DNA of 63,933 bases, counting the filler. It is 7 parts of 7 records of this genome, joined end to end, with 100 filler letters (N's around TTAATTAATTAA, not from the genome) between each part and the next. Parts side by side here need not be neighbours in the genome. Positions count along the whole stretch, not along the records: positions 1 to 17,751 come from SRR31156797_12699; 6 more parts are not named here. One strand, 5' to 3'. Positions 1-7,832 of this stretch are shown one piece after another (position 1 is the stretch's first letter; the number at the start of each line of letters is the position of its first letter). The notes under the pieces were generated by a model. That model worked only from the letters and a program-made list of their open reading frames with translations, was not told the DNA's origin and made no database searches. A program made the translations under genes and the position numbers.

Positions 1-32
1 TATTCGATTGCTCGGTTATTCGATTGCTCGAT
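1..32. repeat. Degenerate octamer tandem repeat (4 units), truncated by window edge
   Basis: tattcgat|tgctcggt|tattcgat|tgctcgat read directly. Confidence 0.6.
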
Positions 33-69
33 TGGTCATTCATTTCAAATTGCATAAAACTGCACACTT

Positions 70-109
70 AAAAAAAAGCCTCCTTCTCGCTGCGTGCAAG
101 AGGAGGTTT
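70..109 (-). terminator. Attenuator terminator hairpin of branched-chain amino acid leader
   Basis: Minus strand AAACCTCCTCTTGCACGCAGCGAGAAGGAGGC followed by T8; its 5' arm (TCCTCTTGCACGC) is complementary to GCGTGCAATAGGA at the end of the leader ORF (antiterminator). Confidence 0.85.
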
Positions 110-135
110 AAATTTTTGTTTCTTTTTGACCTATC

Positions 136-204
136 CTATTGCACGCTCCCGCATCCAAGAAGAATAATAATGTTGACCACGATGTTCAGATTTAATCTTT
201 TCAT
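136..204 (-). CDS. Ile/Leu/Val-rich attenuation leader peptide MKRLNLNIVVNIIILLGCGSVQ (22 aa)
   Basis: Hand-translated; GAAGGA SD upstream; run IVVNIIILL; followed by mutually exclusive antiterminator/terminator; not in ORF track. Confidence 0.85.
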   Translation of the reverse strand: MKRLNLNIVVNIIILLGCGSVQ

Positions 205-345
205 AGTTCCTTCACGTCAAATAGTAAGCAATATTACGCCGTATAATTTATATTTGCAAGCATAAATAGGAATTTATTTGATAAAAATAAGAAAATATGT
301 GATATTATTGACAATTCTGTTAATGAATAATTCTTGTGCAAGATA

Positions 346-373
346 GTAGAGACGCGATGCATCGCGTCTGTAC
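346..373. repeat. GTAG-type REP-like palindrome
   Basis: GTAGAGACGCGATGCATCGCGTCTGTAC; related copies at 7804-7831 and 15297-15325. Confidence 0.75.
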
Positions 374-481
374 AACATTTGCTTTACATAAAATGATAGG
401 TGAGAAAATAAATGAGTTATAAGTGAATCATGGAAGAAGAATGATGAATTAGGGATTCATTAAAATAATAAATGCTTAATT

Positions 482-508
482 GCAGGGGCGGACACGACCC
501 GCCCGTAC
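482..508. repeat. Degenerate GTAG-type REP-like palindrome (different stem)
   Basis: GCAGGGGCGGACACGACCCGCCCGTAC, imperfect hairpin with GYAG...TAC ends. Confidence 0.5.
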
Positions 509-623
509 ATATACAGGGAGAAATTGTTTGGCGTTATCTTTTAAATATTTATCAAATACCGGGAAACTTTCATTCGATCTATACATTCGCAACTCATTGG
601 ATAATTATTGATAAGGATGCTCT

Positions 624-1409
624 ATGGTAAAAAGATGTATGCTCCTGCTTACAATTTCTCTTGTATTGACTTCAATACTTTTTGCGGATGATATCTATTT
701 TGGGAAGAGTAATAAGGTGTGGAGAAATGCAAATGTTCTTAATAAGGACAAGAAAAATATTTACATCCAATTTAATGAAAAACATGGTCCAATAACTTTA
801 AGTAAACCTGTATTATCTGTTTTTGGCGTAGTTGAAAAACCAATCGATCATAAACAGATAACCAAGATAGATAAATATGAATGGGAAGAGATAAAACTGC
901 TAATAAAGGATAAACACATTCATTTTGTTTATTCTGAAGAGCTGAAAATGGGTGATCTGGAAGAAAAATTATTAAAAGAGATCAATGAATTGCTGAGCTC
1001 GGAGTATAACGCGAACAAAGGACCAATTCCGATATTTGAAGGATTAGGTTACGGTGCGCGTATGGAATTGTCCGAACTTCATTTACATAATAGCCCTATG
1101 TCCGATGAAGAACGCTTGATGCATTATTATTCCAAACAAAGAAATGCAAAGCCGGCAGCTTTCTGTAATTTACTCGGCATTGCTTCGTTTGCTCAGGGGG
1201 ATTATGAATTCGGGTTCATTATAATGGCATGTGAAATTGCCGGGGCTTTATTGATCGCCAAATCAGATTTCAATGATCCACATATGCGCAACGCTGGCTT
1301 CACCTTACTGAATACCGGATTGATCATGAGTATTGTACGACCTTTTGATTTTGCACAAAAATACAATAAAGCCTTGAAAAAATGTCTGCAGTTTGAGGTA
1401 AAAAATTAA
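624..1409 (+). CDS. Hypothetical exported/membrane protein
   Basis: 261 aa; AAGGA SD; N-terminal signal peptide; C-terminal hydrophobic segments; no recognised motif. Confidence 0.65.
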   Translation: MVKRCMLLLTISLVLTSILFADDIYFGKSNKVWRNANVLNKDKKNIYIQFNEKHGPITLSKPVLSVFGVVEKPIDHKQITKIDKYEWEEIKLLIKDKHIHFVYSEELKMGDLEEKLLKEINELLSSEYNANKGPIPIFEGLGYGARMELSELHLHNSPMSDEERLMHYYSKQRNAKPAAFCNLLGIASFAQGDYEFGFIIMACEIAGALLIAKSDFNDPHMRNAGFTLLNTGLIMSIVRPFDFAQKYNKALKKCLQFEVKN

Positions 1410-1712
1410 GAGACACTTTCACAATACCATTTTTGGTACTAAATCCCATTCTACTCACAACCCTACAAACAAAAATCACACAAAACTCGCAAGATTGTAA
1501 GGCATATATAGTGAATATATTATCGCATGTAAATCCATGATATTGTTGAATATAAATATTGATAATTGGCGAATCTCAGAATTTGCTGAGAATAAAGGTT
1601 TGGATGCTCGCAGAATTACTTTATGTGTTCGCTATGTCGAAATTCAACATTTTAAAACTTAAACGATTTTCTGCAACATACTTAGCTATTGATGATCGTA
1701 ATGATTTTATCC

Positions 1713-4037
1713 TTATTTGATCAGCAAGGCTTTCTTTATTTGTATAAAATCACCGGCATGAAGACGGAAGATATATACACCCGTTCCAAGATCTGCAGCA
1801 TTCCAGGTCAGTGAATACCTGCCGGGGCTCATGTCTTCATTCACCAGGCTTTCAACCAATTGTCCTTTTATATTGAATACATTCAAGCTGACATGGGTAT
1901 TTTCCGGGATATCATAATCGATCGTCGTGCTGGGGTTGAAAGGGTTGGGGTAGTTCGCATACAAAATGAATTCGCTTGGAATATCAGTATCTGCTATCGC
2001 CGTTTGTCCCAGCGTCACCTTCATCCATTGTTCATCATTTGCCTGAACGATGAAGCCATCTTGATCTCTTGCGACGACCTTCCAGAAGTAGGTCCCTGAT
2101 TCCGGTAGAGTATGTCTTAATGTCGTATCTGCAATATCACTAAGGACGGCATATTGAAGCGTATCCGATATGTCTTTTGTATAGATCAAAGTATATTCGA
2201 CCTCATCAAAAGGGTCGGGATCGCTTGTGCTTTTCCAGACAAAATCAATGCTAAGGTCGTCCTGTTGGGAATTATCTGCCGGACTCTCCGTAGAGAAGGG
2301 AAGAGGTGCTTCGGGCAGATGGTCCAACCAAAAAACCGCTGAATCAGAGTGTGAGCCGCCACCTGAAAGATCATAAGCCGATACATACCAGGTGTATTCA
2401 TGGTTTTCCTTCAAGGTATCAAGGCGACAATAATTGCTGTCACAAAGAATGCTATCGGGTCCATCGAATTTATCAAGGTAAGTTAGCTCATATCGGATCA
2501 TATCACCCGGATCGGGATCCATGGCCTTTGACCAGGAAAAATTAACGGATTTGCTGATAACAACGACGGAATCCGGCGAAATAAGAGAAATATCCGAAGG
2601 AGTATTATTAGCAAGATTGACAGTAAAGGATTGATGATCATCTGTCATTTGTACCCTGTTTCCTGTTTTATCGCAGGCCAGCACATTCCAATAGTAACTT
2701 TCATGATCGCGCAAGGTAAACTCATCTGAAATGGGAGAACCGACATTTAATAACAGACAAGTATCTTGACCTGTGTTTATGTTAATGGTTTTCAGTTCTG
2801 GAATATCGCCACTATCATCAAGATATTTTATACATGCCACATATTCAATGGAGTCCAAAGGATCCGGGTCGAGTGATGTATTCCAAGTTAATACCAGGGC
2901 ATTTGTATCAATTATTGCTCCTTTAGAAGGATAAACAGGCGTAAAATCGCTAGGATCTTCTTCAATTTGATTCACAAAAATGTACGTTGTGTCCAACTTG
3001 CTCACTTCCAGAGTGTCAGAGGCCTGTACAGTGCAAAAATAAGATGTATTTTCTGTTAAAGTAGCGGTGTTCGTCCATTCGCATTCACTTATCCAACCGG
3101 ATGAATCGCTCAAGACAGCCGGATTTAATATATTTTCCATTTGTGATCCTTGATATTTATAAAGTCTGAATTCATATAACAAGGTGTCACCTTCGGAATC
3201 AATTTCATCTGAACAAGTGAATTTTACCAGCGGATCATGTACAATGTCGTCATTGACAGGTAATATAAAATGTGGGTCAGGTACTGAATTCATTGTAAAG
3301 GTCAAGCCTCGCCAGTCGCTGACCCCTTCACTGCCTTCTACCCTTAGTTGCATATAATAGGTGACACTATCCTGCAAAGGAGGTCCGTTGTACACTATTG
3401 ACGTATCAGTGCTTTCAATAAAGCCGGAATCCCAAATTTCATGATAACCCGTATCACTGAAGGTTGACATTTGTAATTGATAAGCAGATTGAATATTCCA
3501 AGGCACCATTAATCGCCAGTTGATCGTGGGATGGTGATTAACTAAGTGTGTTGAATCCACGATATTACTTAAATAAAATTCGGCTATGCCAGTATTATTG
3601 TAGTTAAAACTCCATGTAACTGAGGTTGCACTTTCCATACCTTTTTGACAATAAACATTCCAATAGTAAGTTGCATTAGTGTTTGGGATCTCATAGGTGT
3701 ACATATGTTGTTGATCTGAAACATAGGTCATAGATGCAGAATGGATCAAATTAGATAGAGTTGAATCCGAATACAATCTAAAGTTAGCATAATCCACACC
3801 CTGAGAATGCTCAGCATAAAAGGTTACTGCAGTGTCATTTACCGTGCTATTATTACTTGGACTTAATAAATTTACCCACGGTGGTGGATCCGGTATAACT
3901 ACTCTTTGTATATCGGCATTTTCAGTCTGTGCTGTCAAGCCGGAGATCAACGTAAAACTGAAAACAATAAGTAAAACCAATAATTTTTTATGCAATTGTA
4001 CACCAAATGCCAAATTCTTAAAAATTCTTGGGTTCAT
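1713..4037 (-). CDS. Secreted multi-FN3/Ig-like repeat protein with T9SS type A / FlgD-Ig-like C-terminal domain
   Basis: Repeated W..S.DPD..D.I.Y and Y.W.V.A.D beta-sandwich units; C-terminus NYPNPFNPST...G.Y...KKALLIK; start moved to ATG 4037 behind GGAGG. Confidence 0.8.
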   Translation of the reverse strand: MNPRIFKNLAFGVQLHKKLLVLLIVFSFTLISGLTAQTENADIQRVVIPDPPPWVNLLSPSNNSTVNDTAVTFYAEHSQGVDYANFRLYSDSTLSNLIHSASMTYVSDQQHMYTYEIPNTNATYYWNVYCQKGMESATSVTWSFNYNNTGIAEFYLSNIVDSTHLVNHHPTINWRLMVPWNIQSAYQLQMSTFSDTGYHEIWDSGFIESTDTSIVYNGPPLQDSVTYYMQLRVEGSEGVSDWRGLTFTMNSVPDPHFILPVNDDIVHDPLVKFTCSDEIDSEGDTLLYEFRLYKYQGSQMENILNPAVLSDSSGWISECEWTNTATLTENTSYFCTVQASDTLEVSKLDTTYIFVNQIEEDPSDFTPVYPSKGAIIDTNALVLTWNTSLDPDPLDSIEYVACIKYLDDSGDIPELKTININTGQDTCLLLNVGSPISDEFTLRDHESYYWNVLACDKTGNRVQMTDDHQSFTVNLANNTPSDISLISPDSVVVISKSVNFSWSKAMDPDPGDMIRYELTYLDKFDGPDSILCDSNYCRLDTLKENHEYTWYVSAYDLSGGGSHSDSAVFWLDHLPEAPLPFSTESPADNSQQDDLSIDFVWKSTSDPDPFDEVEYTLIYTKDISDTLQYAVLSDIADTTLRHTLPESGTYFWKVVARDQDGFIVQANDEQWMKVTLGQTAIADTDIPSEFILYANYPNPFNPSTTIDYDIPENTHVSLNVFNIKGQLVESLVNEDMSPGRYSLTWNAADLGTGVYIFRLHAGDFIQIKKALLIK

Positions 4038-4329
4038 CTTTCCCTCCTTCATGCTATTCAGTTATTAATGCTAATATTATATTGTATTAATAATTTAAGG
4101 CGAAAGGCAACAAACACAAAACATAAAATTACTCTTGGAGTGATCTCTGATCAGATGACAGTAGAGAAAATTCCAATTCTAAATACTGACCCATCATCCG
4201 TAATTCGACATTCAAAACCTTAAACGATAAACTTTAAGCGATCTTTTGTGACATGAATTACTCACAAAGTGAAAATCATATTCTCATAGAGGTTCAGGAT
4301 GACGATGTTTTTGGGTTTCGGTGACTTCT

Positions 4330-4356
4330 CACCCTCCCAGTGCTCAGCGCCCAGTG
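4330..4356. repeat. 27-bp heptamer-based repeat upstream of nagA (copy 1)
   Basis: CACCCTCCCAGTGCTCAGCGCCCAGTG; 24/27 identical to 5619-5645. Confidence 0.7.
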
Positions 4357-4413
4357 CTATGTATAACTCATCGTTCTGATTGCAGCTCTGATATATTTTT
4401 CATAGATTAAACA

Positions 4414-5559
4414 ATGGTCACCTACCTGATAAATTGTCGCCTATACAATGCTCCAAATCACATAGTGCATGTGGGCATGGACAAGGGAAAGATCGTCGAT
4501 ATAAAGACAAATTTGGAAGGAAATGAGTCTGTTTTACTTGATGCCAAAGGTATGATCCTGGCGCCGGGACTGATCGATACCCATGTACATGGAGCCGGAG
4601 GCGCCAATCCTACGGATGGCAAGAAAGAAAGCCTGAATGTGATGGCAAAAACCCTGTGTGACCTGGGTACAACGTCCTTTGTTGCAACCTCATTTTATTT
4701 TAAAGATAGCGAAAACTCACATCTTCAGATGATGGGAAGTTCGGAAACTGCTGAAAAAGATGCCGATTGCTTGGGTATACACCTTGAAGGTCCTTTTATT
4801 AATCCCGTGAAAAAAGGCGGTATAAAAAATGAATGCCTTTCCGAAGCGGATCGAGAGACATTATCTGATGTGCTGGTCAAGACAAAGGGGAAATTGGCTA
4901 TCATGACCCTTGCGCCGGAATTGCCTTGGAACGAATATGTGATCCAAACCTGCAAAGAATTCGGCATCATTTCATCCTTTGGACACTCATTTGCTACGGC
5001 TGACGAAGCAAAAATAGGATTTGAGCGGGGGGTTAGTCTGGTTACTCACTTGAACAATGCTATGAGGAAGTATGATCGCGATGAAGATTCACCTTTCCCG
5101 GCTATTCTTGGAAGCGATGCCTACGTACAAATGATCACGGATGGCGTTCATCTCGATGAAAAGACGATCAAACACTTCTACGAAGCATTTGGAAGCGACA
5201 GGATCGTGTTGATCACGGACGGAATTGAGTCCTGCGGTCTTCCAGAAGGAGAGTATTCATTCAAGGGTGTCAAATACCACAGCGAGAACGGTTTGGCCTT
5301 CTATTCGGACGGCTCGGGGATGATAGGTACATCCTTATCCTTGTTCGAGATCATGATGCGTTTCAAAAAATTCAGCAATTGTACATTACAAGAAGCTGTT
5401 CAATGCGCTTCATTGAACCCCGCAAAATGCCTGGGTGCTGATGATCGCAAGGGCCATATCAAAGTAGGCTATGACGCAGATATCATCATGATTGATGAGG
5501 ATGACAATCTGCATTTTGTTGTTAAAAACGGAAAATTACTTATAAGTGCTGAGTTATAA
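4414..5559 (+). CDS. nagA: N-acetylglucosamine-6-phosphate deacetylase (amidohydrolase)
   Basis: PGLIDTHVHG, GIHLEGPF, TLAPE, GHS, THLNNAM, DGVH, LITD, NPA...G.I..G.DAD motifs. Confidence 0.88.
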   Translation: MVTYLINCRLYNAPNHIVHVGMDKGKIVDIKTNLEGNESVLLDAKGMILAPGLIDTHVHGAGGANPTDGKKESLNVMAKTLCDLGTTSFVATSFYFKDSENSHLQMMGSSETAEKDADCLGIHLEGPFINPVKKGGIKNECLSEADRETLSDVLVKTKGKLAIMTLAPELPWNEYVIQTCKEFGIISSFGHSFATADEAKIGFERGVSLVTHLNNAMRKYDRDEDSPFPAILGSDAYVQMITDGVHLDEKTIKHFYEAFGSDRIVLITDGIESCGLPEGEYSFKGVKYHSENGLAFYSDGSGMIGTSLSLFEIMMRFKKFSNCTLQEAVQCASLNPAKCLGADDRKGHIKVGYDADIIMIDEDDNLHFVVKNGKLLISAEL

Positions 5560-5618
5560 GTGATGAGTACTCCACTTTCGTGAAGAGGAAAAGAGAAGAG
5601 GTGGTATAATAACACGCC

Positions 5619-5645
5619 CACCCTCTCAGTGCCCAGCGCTCAGTG
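5619..5645. repeat. 27-bp heptamer-based repeat downstream of nagA (copy 2)
   Basis: CACCCTCTCAGTGCCCAGCGCTCAGTG, same orientation as 4330-4356. Confidence 0.7.
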
Positions 5646-5691
5646 TATTATTCAGGTCTACACATAACATGTCACATATAACTCATAAATT

Positions 5692-5711
5692 AAAAGGGCT
5701 CGCAAGAGCCC
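5692..5711. terminator. Intrinsic terminator between convergent nagA and DAG-kinase gene
   Basis: AAAA-GGGCTC-GCAA-GAGCCC, GNRA loop. Confidence 0.65.
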
Positions 5712-5747
5712 ATTATTTATCATTTATTGTTATTCTGTCTCATCAAC

Positions 5748-6662
5748 CTATGCCGAGGCTCCGGCTGACATGCAATAAAACATTTCTATCTTCCCGGGCA
5801 GCACTTCAAGTTCAACCGGTGTTACACCAAAGATCTCACCCTCGGGATTTAGGATCTTTTCAGGGAAAGTCTCAACTTTGAATTTTTTGCCTTTATAAAC
5901 TGTTACATTGGGATTTGAAAGATGTTTTCCACTGTAAAGAGTTGGCAAGGCTTTTAATATTTCGCCTTTGGGCATGTTCTGAAGCGTCACAAGCTCAATC
6001 TCACCATCATCAATGAGCGAATCGGGTGATATCTTCATGTTACCGCCAAAGATCCTGGAATTTGAGAAATTGGCAAGAATGGATTGCATCTCATGTCTTT
6101 CACCATCTACTTCAAATTTCATCGTAAAAGGTTTAAAGCGCATGATCTCAACCAGCGCGCTGGCCGTATAAGCCGATTTGCCAAGATATTTTTTATACTT
6201 ATTCCCATTAATGCAAACATCGGTTGGCAAACCAAAGCCGATACTGTTAATAGAATAATAATCATCACCTTGGGTGTGAAATTTCATAACATCAATGGAT
6301 TTTTTCTTACCGGCATTAATAGCCAGAATGCCGTCACGCCAGTTTTTCATGCCAAGATCCTGGGAAAATGAATTACCGGTACCGACAGGAATAACACCAA
6401 AGGCGGGATATTTATTAACATTTTCATTTTTGATAATACCGTTCAGTACTTCATACATGGTGCCGTCGCCTCCCACAGAAACAATGGCATCACAGGCATC
6501 CAGATCCAAATGTTTGACGATCTCAGTGGCGTGATCATGGTATAGGGTGCGATGGTCTTTGACGATATGTCCGGAATTCATTAATATATCTATGACCAAA
6601 GGGGCAAGATTATGACCTTTGCCGCCACCGGAATGTGGATTATATATAAGTTCTATTTTCAT
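5748..6662 (-). CDS. Diacylglycerol/lipid kinase family protein (YegS/DgkB-like)
   Basis: NPHSG, GGDGT..EV.NG, P.GTGN motifs; GE in C-terminal strand. Confidence 0.9.
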   Translation of the reverse strand: MKIELIYNPHSGGGKGHNLAPLVIDILMNSGHIVKDHRTLYHDHATEIVKHLDLDACDAIVSVGGDGTMYEVLNGIIKNENVNKYPAFGVIPVGTGNSFSQDLGMKNWRDGILAINAGKKKSIDVMKFHTQGDDYYSINSIGFGLPTDVCINGNKYKKYLGKSAYTASALVEIMRFKPFTMKFEVDGERHEMQSILANFSNSRIFGGNMKISPDSLIDDGEIELVTLQNMPKGEILKALPTLYSGKHLSNPNVTVYKGKKFKVETFPEKILNPEGEIFGVTPVELEVLPGKIEMFYCMSAGASA

Positions 6663-6813
6663 GTAGGAACTCCAATTTGTTCAAGAATGCAAAATACATA
6701 TTAAATTCAAGTTCTCAATGGAAAAATATTTTTTGTTAACGTTCACGGAGTTCATTTAAAAGTTTAGAGATCCTGCGGATCGTTTAGAAATCTAAACAAT
6801 CCATTTAACACTA

Positions 6814-6869
6814 TAAACCTCTAAACTCCTAACCCACTAAACTCCTAAACTCCTAAACTCTTAAACTAT
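6814..6869. repeat. Octamer tandem repeat, 7 units, consensus TAAACTCC
   Basis: taaacctc|taaactcc|taacccac|taaactcc|taaactcc|taaactct|taaactat. Confidence 0.85.
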
Positions 6870-6948
6870 TTTCTGCTTTGCAGGAACAAAATAATCCTTT
6901 ATTTTATTTTATACTTAAATACTCAACATTAATAAGAAGGATCTAAAA

Positions 6949-7509
6949 ATGAAAAAATCGTTAATCGCTATCTTTCTCGTCGTTGCCCTTATCTTTACAT
7001 CATGCTCCACAACTAGAGTTGTGCAAAATAAACAACGCGACAAACTTCAGAAAAAAGTCAATAAATATCGTTTATTCGGCGGTGTTGCCGAAATAGGTGA
7101 AGCCATGAGTCAGCGTGAAGATATTGCACGCGACAAAGCAAGGACAGATGCTTATATCAAGATCGGCCAAAGCATTCAATCCCGTATTGATGGAATTTCT
7201 GCACTTTATGTCAAAGAAGAGGGTGTAGGTAAAGCTTCCGAGATCACTGATGTATTCGAAAAGAGCGCCAAAGTGATCATTAATACAACCATTCAAGGTA
7301 TTTTTGCAGTAGATGAAACAATAACTATCACCGATGGCGTCTACAATGCATATGTCCTTTATGCCATTACTCCACGTTCGGTCAATACGCGTCTCATGAA
7401 AGAATTGAAAAAACAGCAACCGGAAGTCTATGAGCGTTTCTTGCTTTCCAAGACCCATGGAGATATGGAATTAGAGGTTGAGCAATATGAGAAAGAAGTT
7501 GTTCAATAG
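6949..7509 (+). CDS. Lipoprotein, LPP20-like
   Basis: Lipobox LIFTS-C; G.A.S...IARDKA..DA...I pattern; AAGGA SD. Confidence 0.7.
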   Translation: MKKSLIAIFLVVALIFTSCSTTRVVQNKQRDKLQKKVNKYRLFGGVAEIGEAMSQREDIARDKARTDAYIKIGQSIQSRIDGISALYVKEEGVGKASEITDVFEKSAKVIINTTIQGIFAVDETITITDGVYNAYVLYAITPRSVNTRLMKELKKQQPEVYERFLLSKTHGDMELEVEQYEKEVVQ

Positions 7510-7554
7510 TAACTAGTGATATAATCACAAATTATTATGAAATAATCATATAAG

Positions 7555-7709
7555 TAGCCCCGAGTTTCAACTCGGGGTTATTAATTTCCTGATTTAAATT
7601 GGGGTTTTAACCCCATTTTATTCAATAAATTGTATAGTTGGGTATCTGTAAAAATATGGGTAAAAACCCATCTATGTTTTTATTTACCCCGGGCTGAAGC
7701 CCGGAGCTA
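7555..7709. repeat. Composite REPIN/BIME-like element
   Basis: Outer inverted pair TAGCCCCGAGTTTCAACTCGGGGT and ACCCCGGGCTGAAGCCCGGAGCTA enclosing inner inverted pair TGGGGTTTTAACCCCA and TGGGTAAAAACCCA. Confidence 0.75.
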
Positions 7710-7758
7710 TTGAAAAAACATCAGTACTATATTATTCAAAAAGTAATATTCAATGAAG

Positions 7759-7785
7759 AAAGACGGAGCTATGCTCCGTCTTTTA
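7759..7785. terminator. Intrinsic terminator (probably bidirectional)
   Basis: AAAGACGGAGC-TAT-GCTCCGTCTTTT between convergent genes. Confidence 0.8.
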
Positions 7786-7803
7786 TTTTATCCGTGAAAT
7801 ATT

Positions 7804-7831
7804 GTACAAACGCGATGCATCGCGTCCTTAC
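7804..7831. repeat. GTAG-type REP-like palindrome
   Basis: Shares core ACGCGATGCATCGCGT with 346-373, opposite orientation, abuts GH97 stop. Confidence 0.75.
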
Positions 7832-7832
7832 A

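Noticed and set aside
8-265. 85-aa plus-strand ORF
   Set aside because: TTG start within a repeat, no motif; it is the antisense shadow of the attenuator
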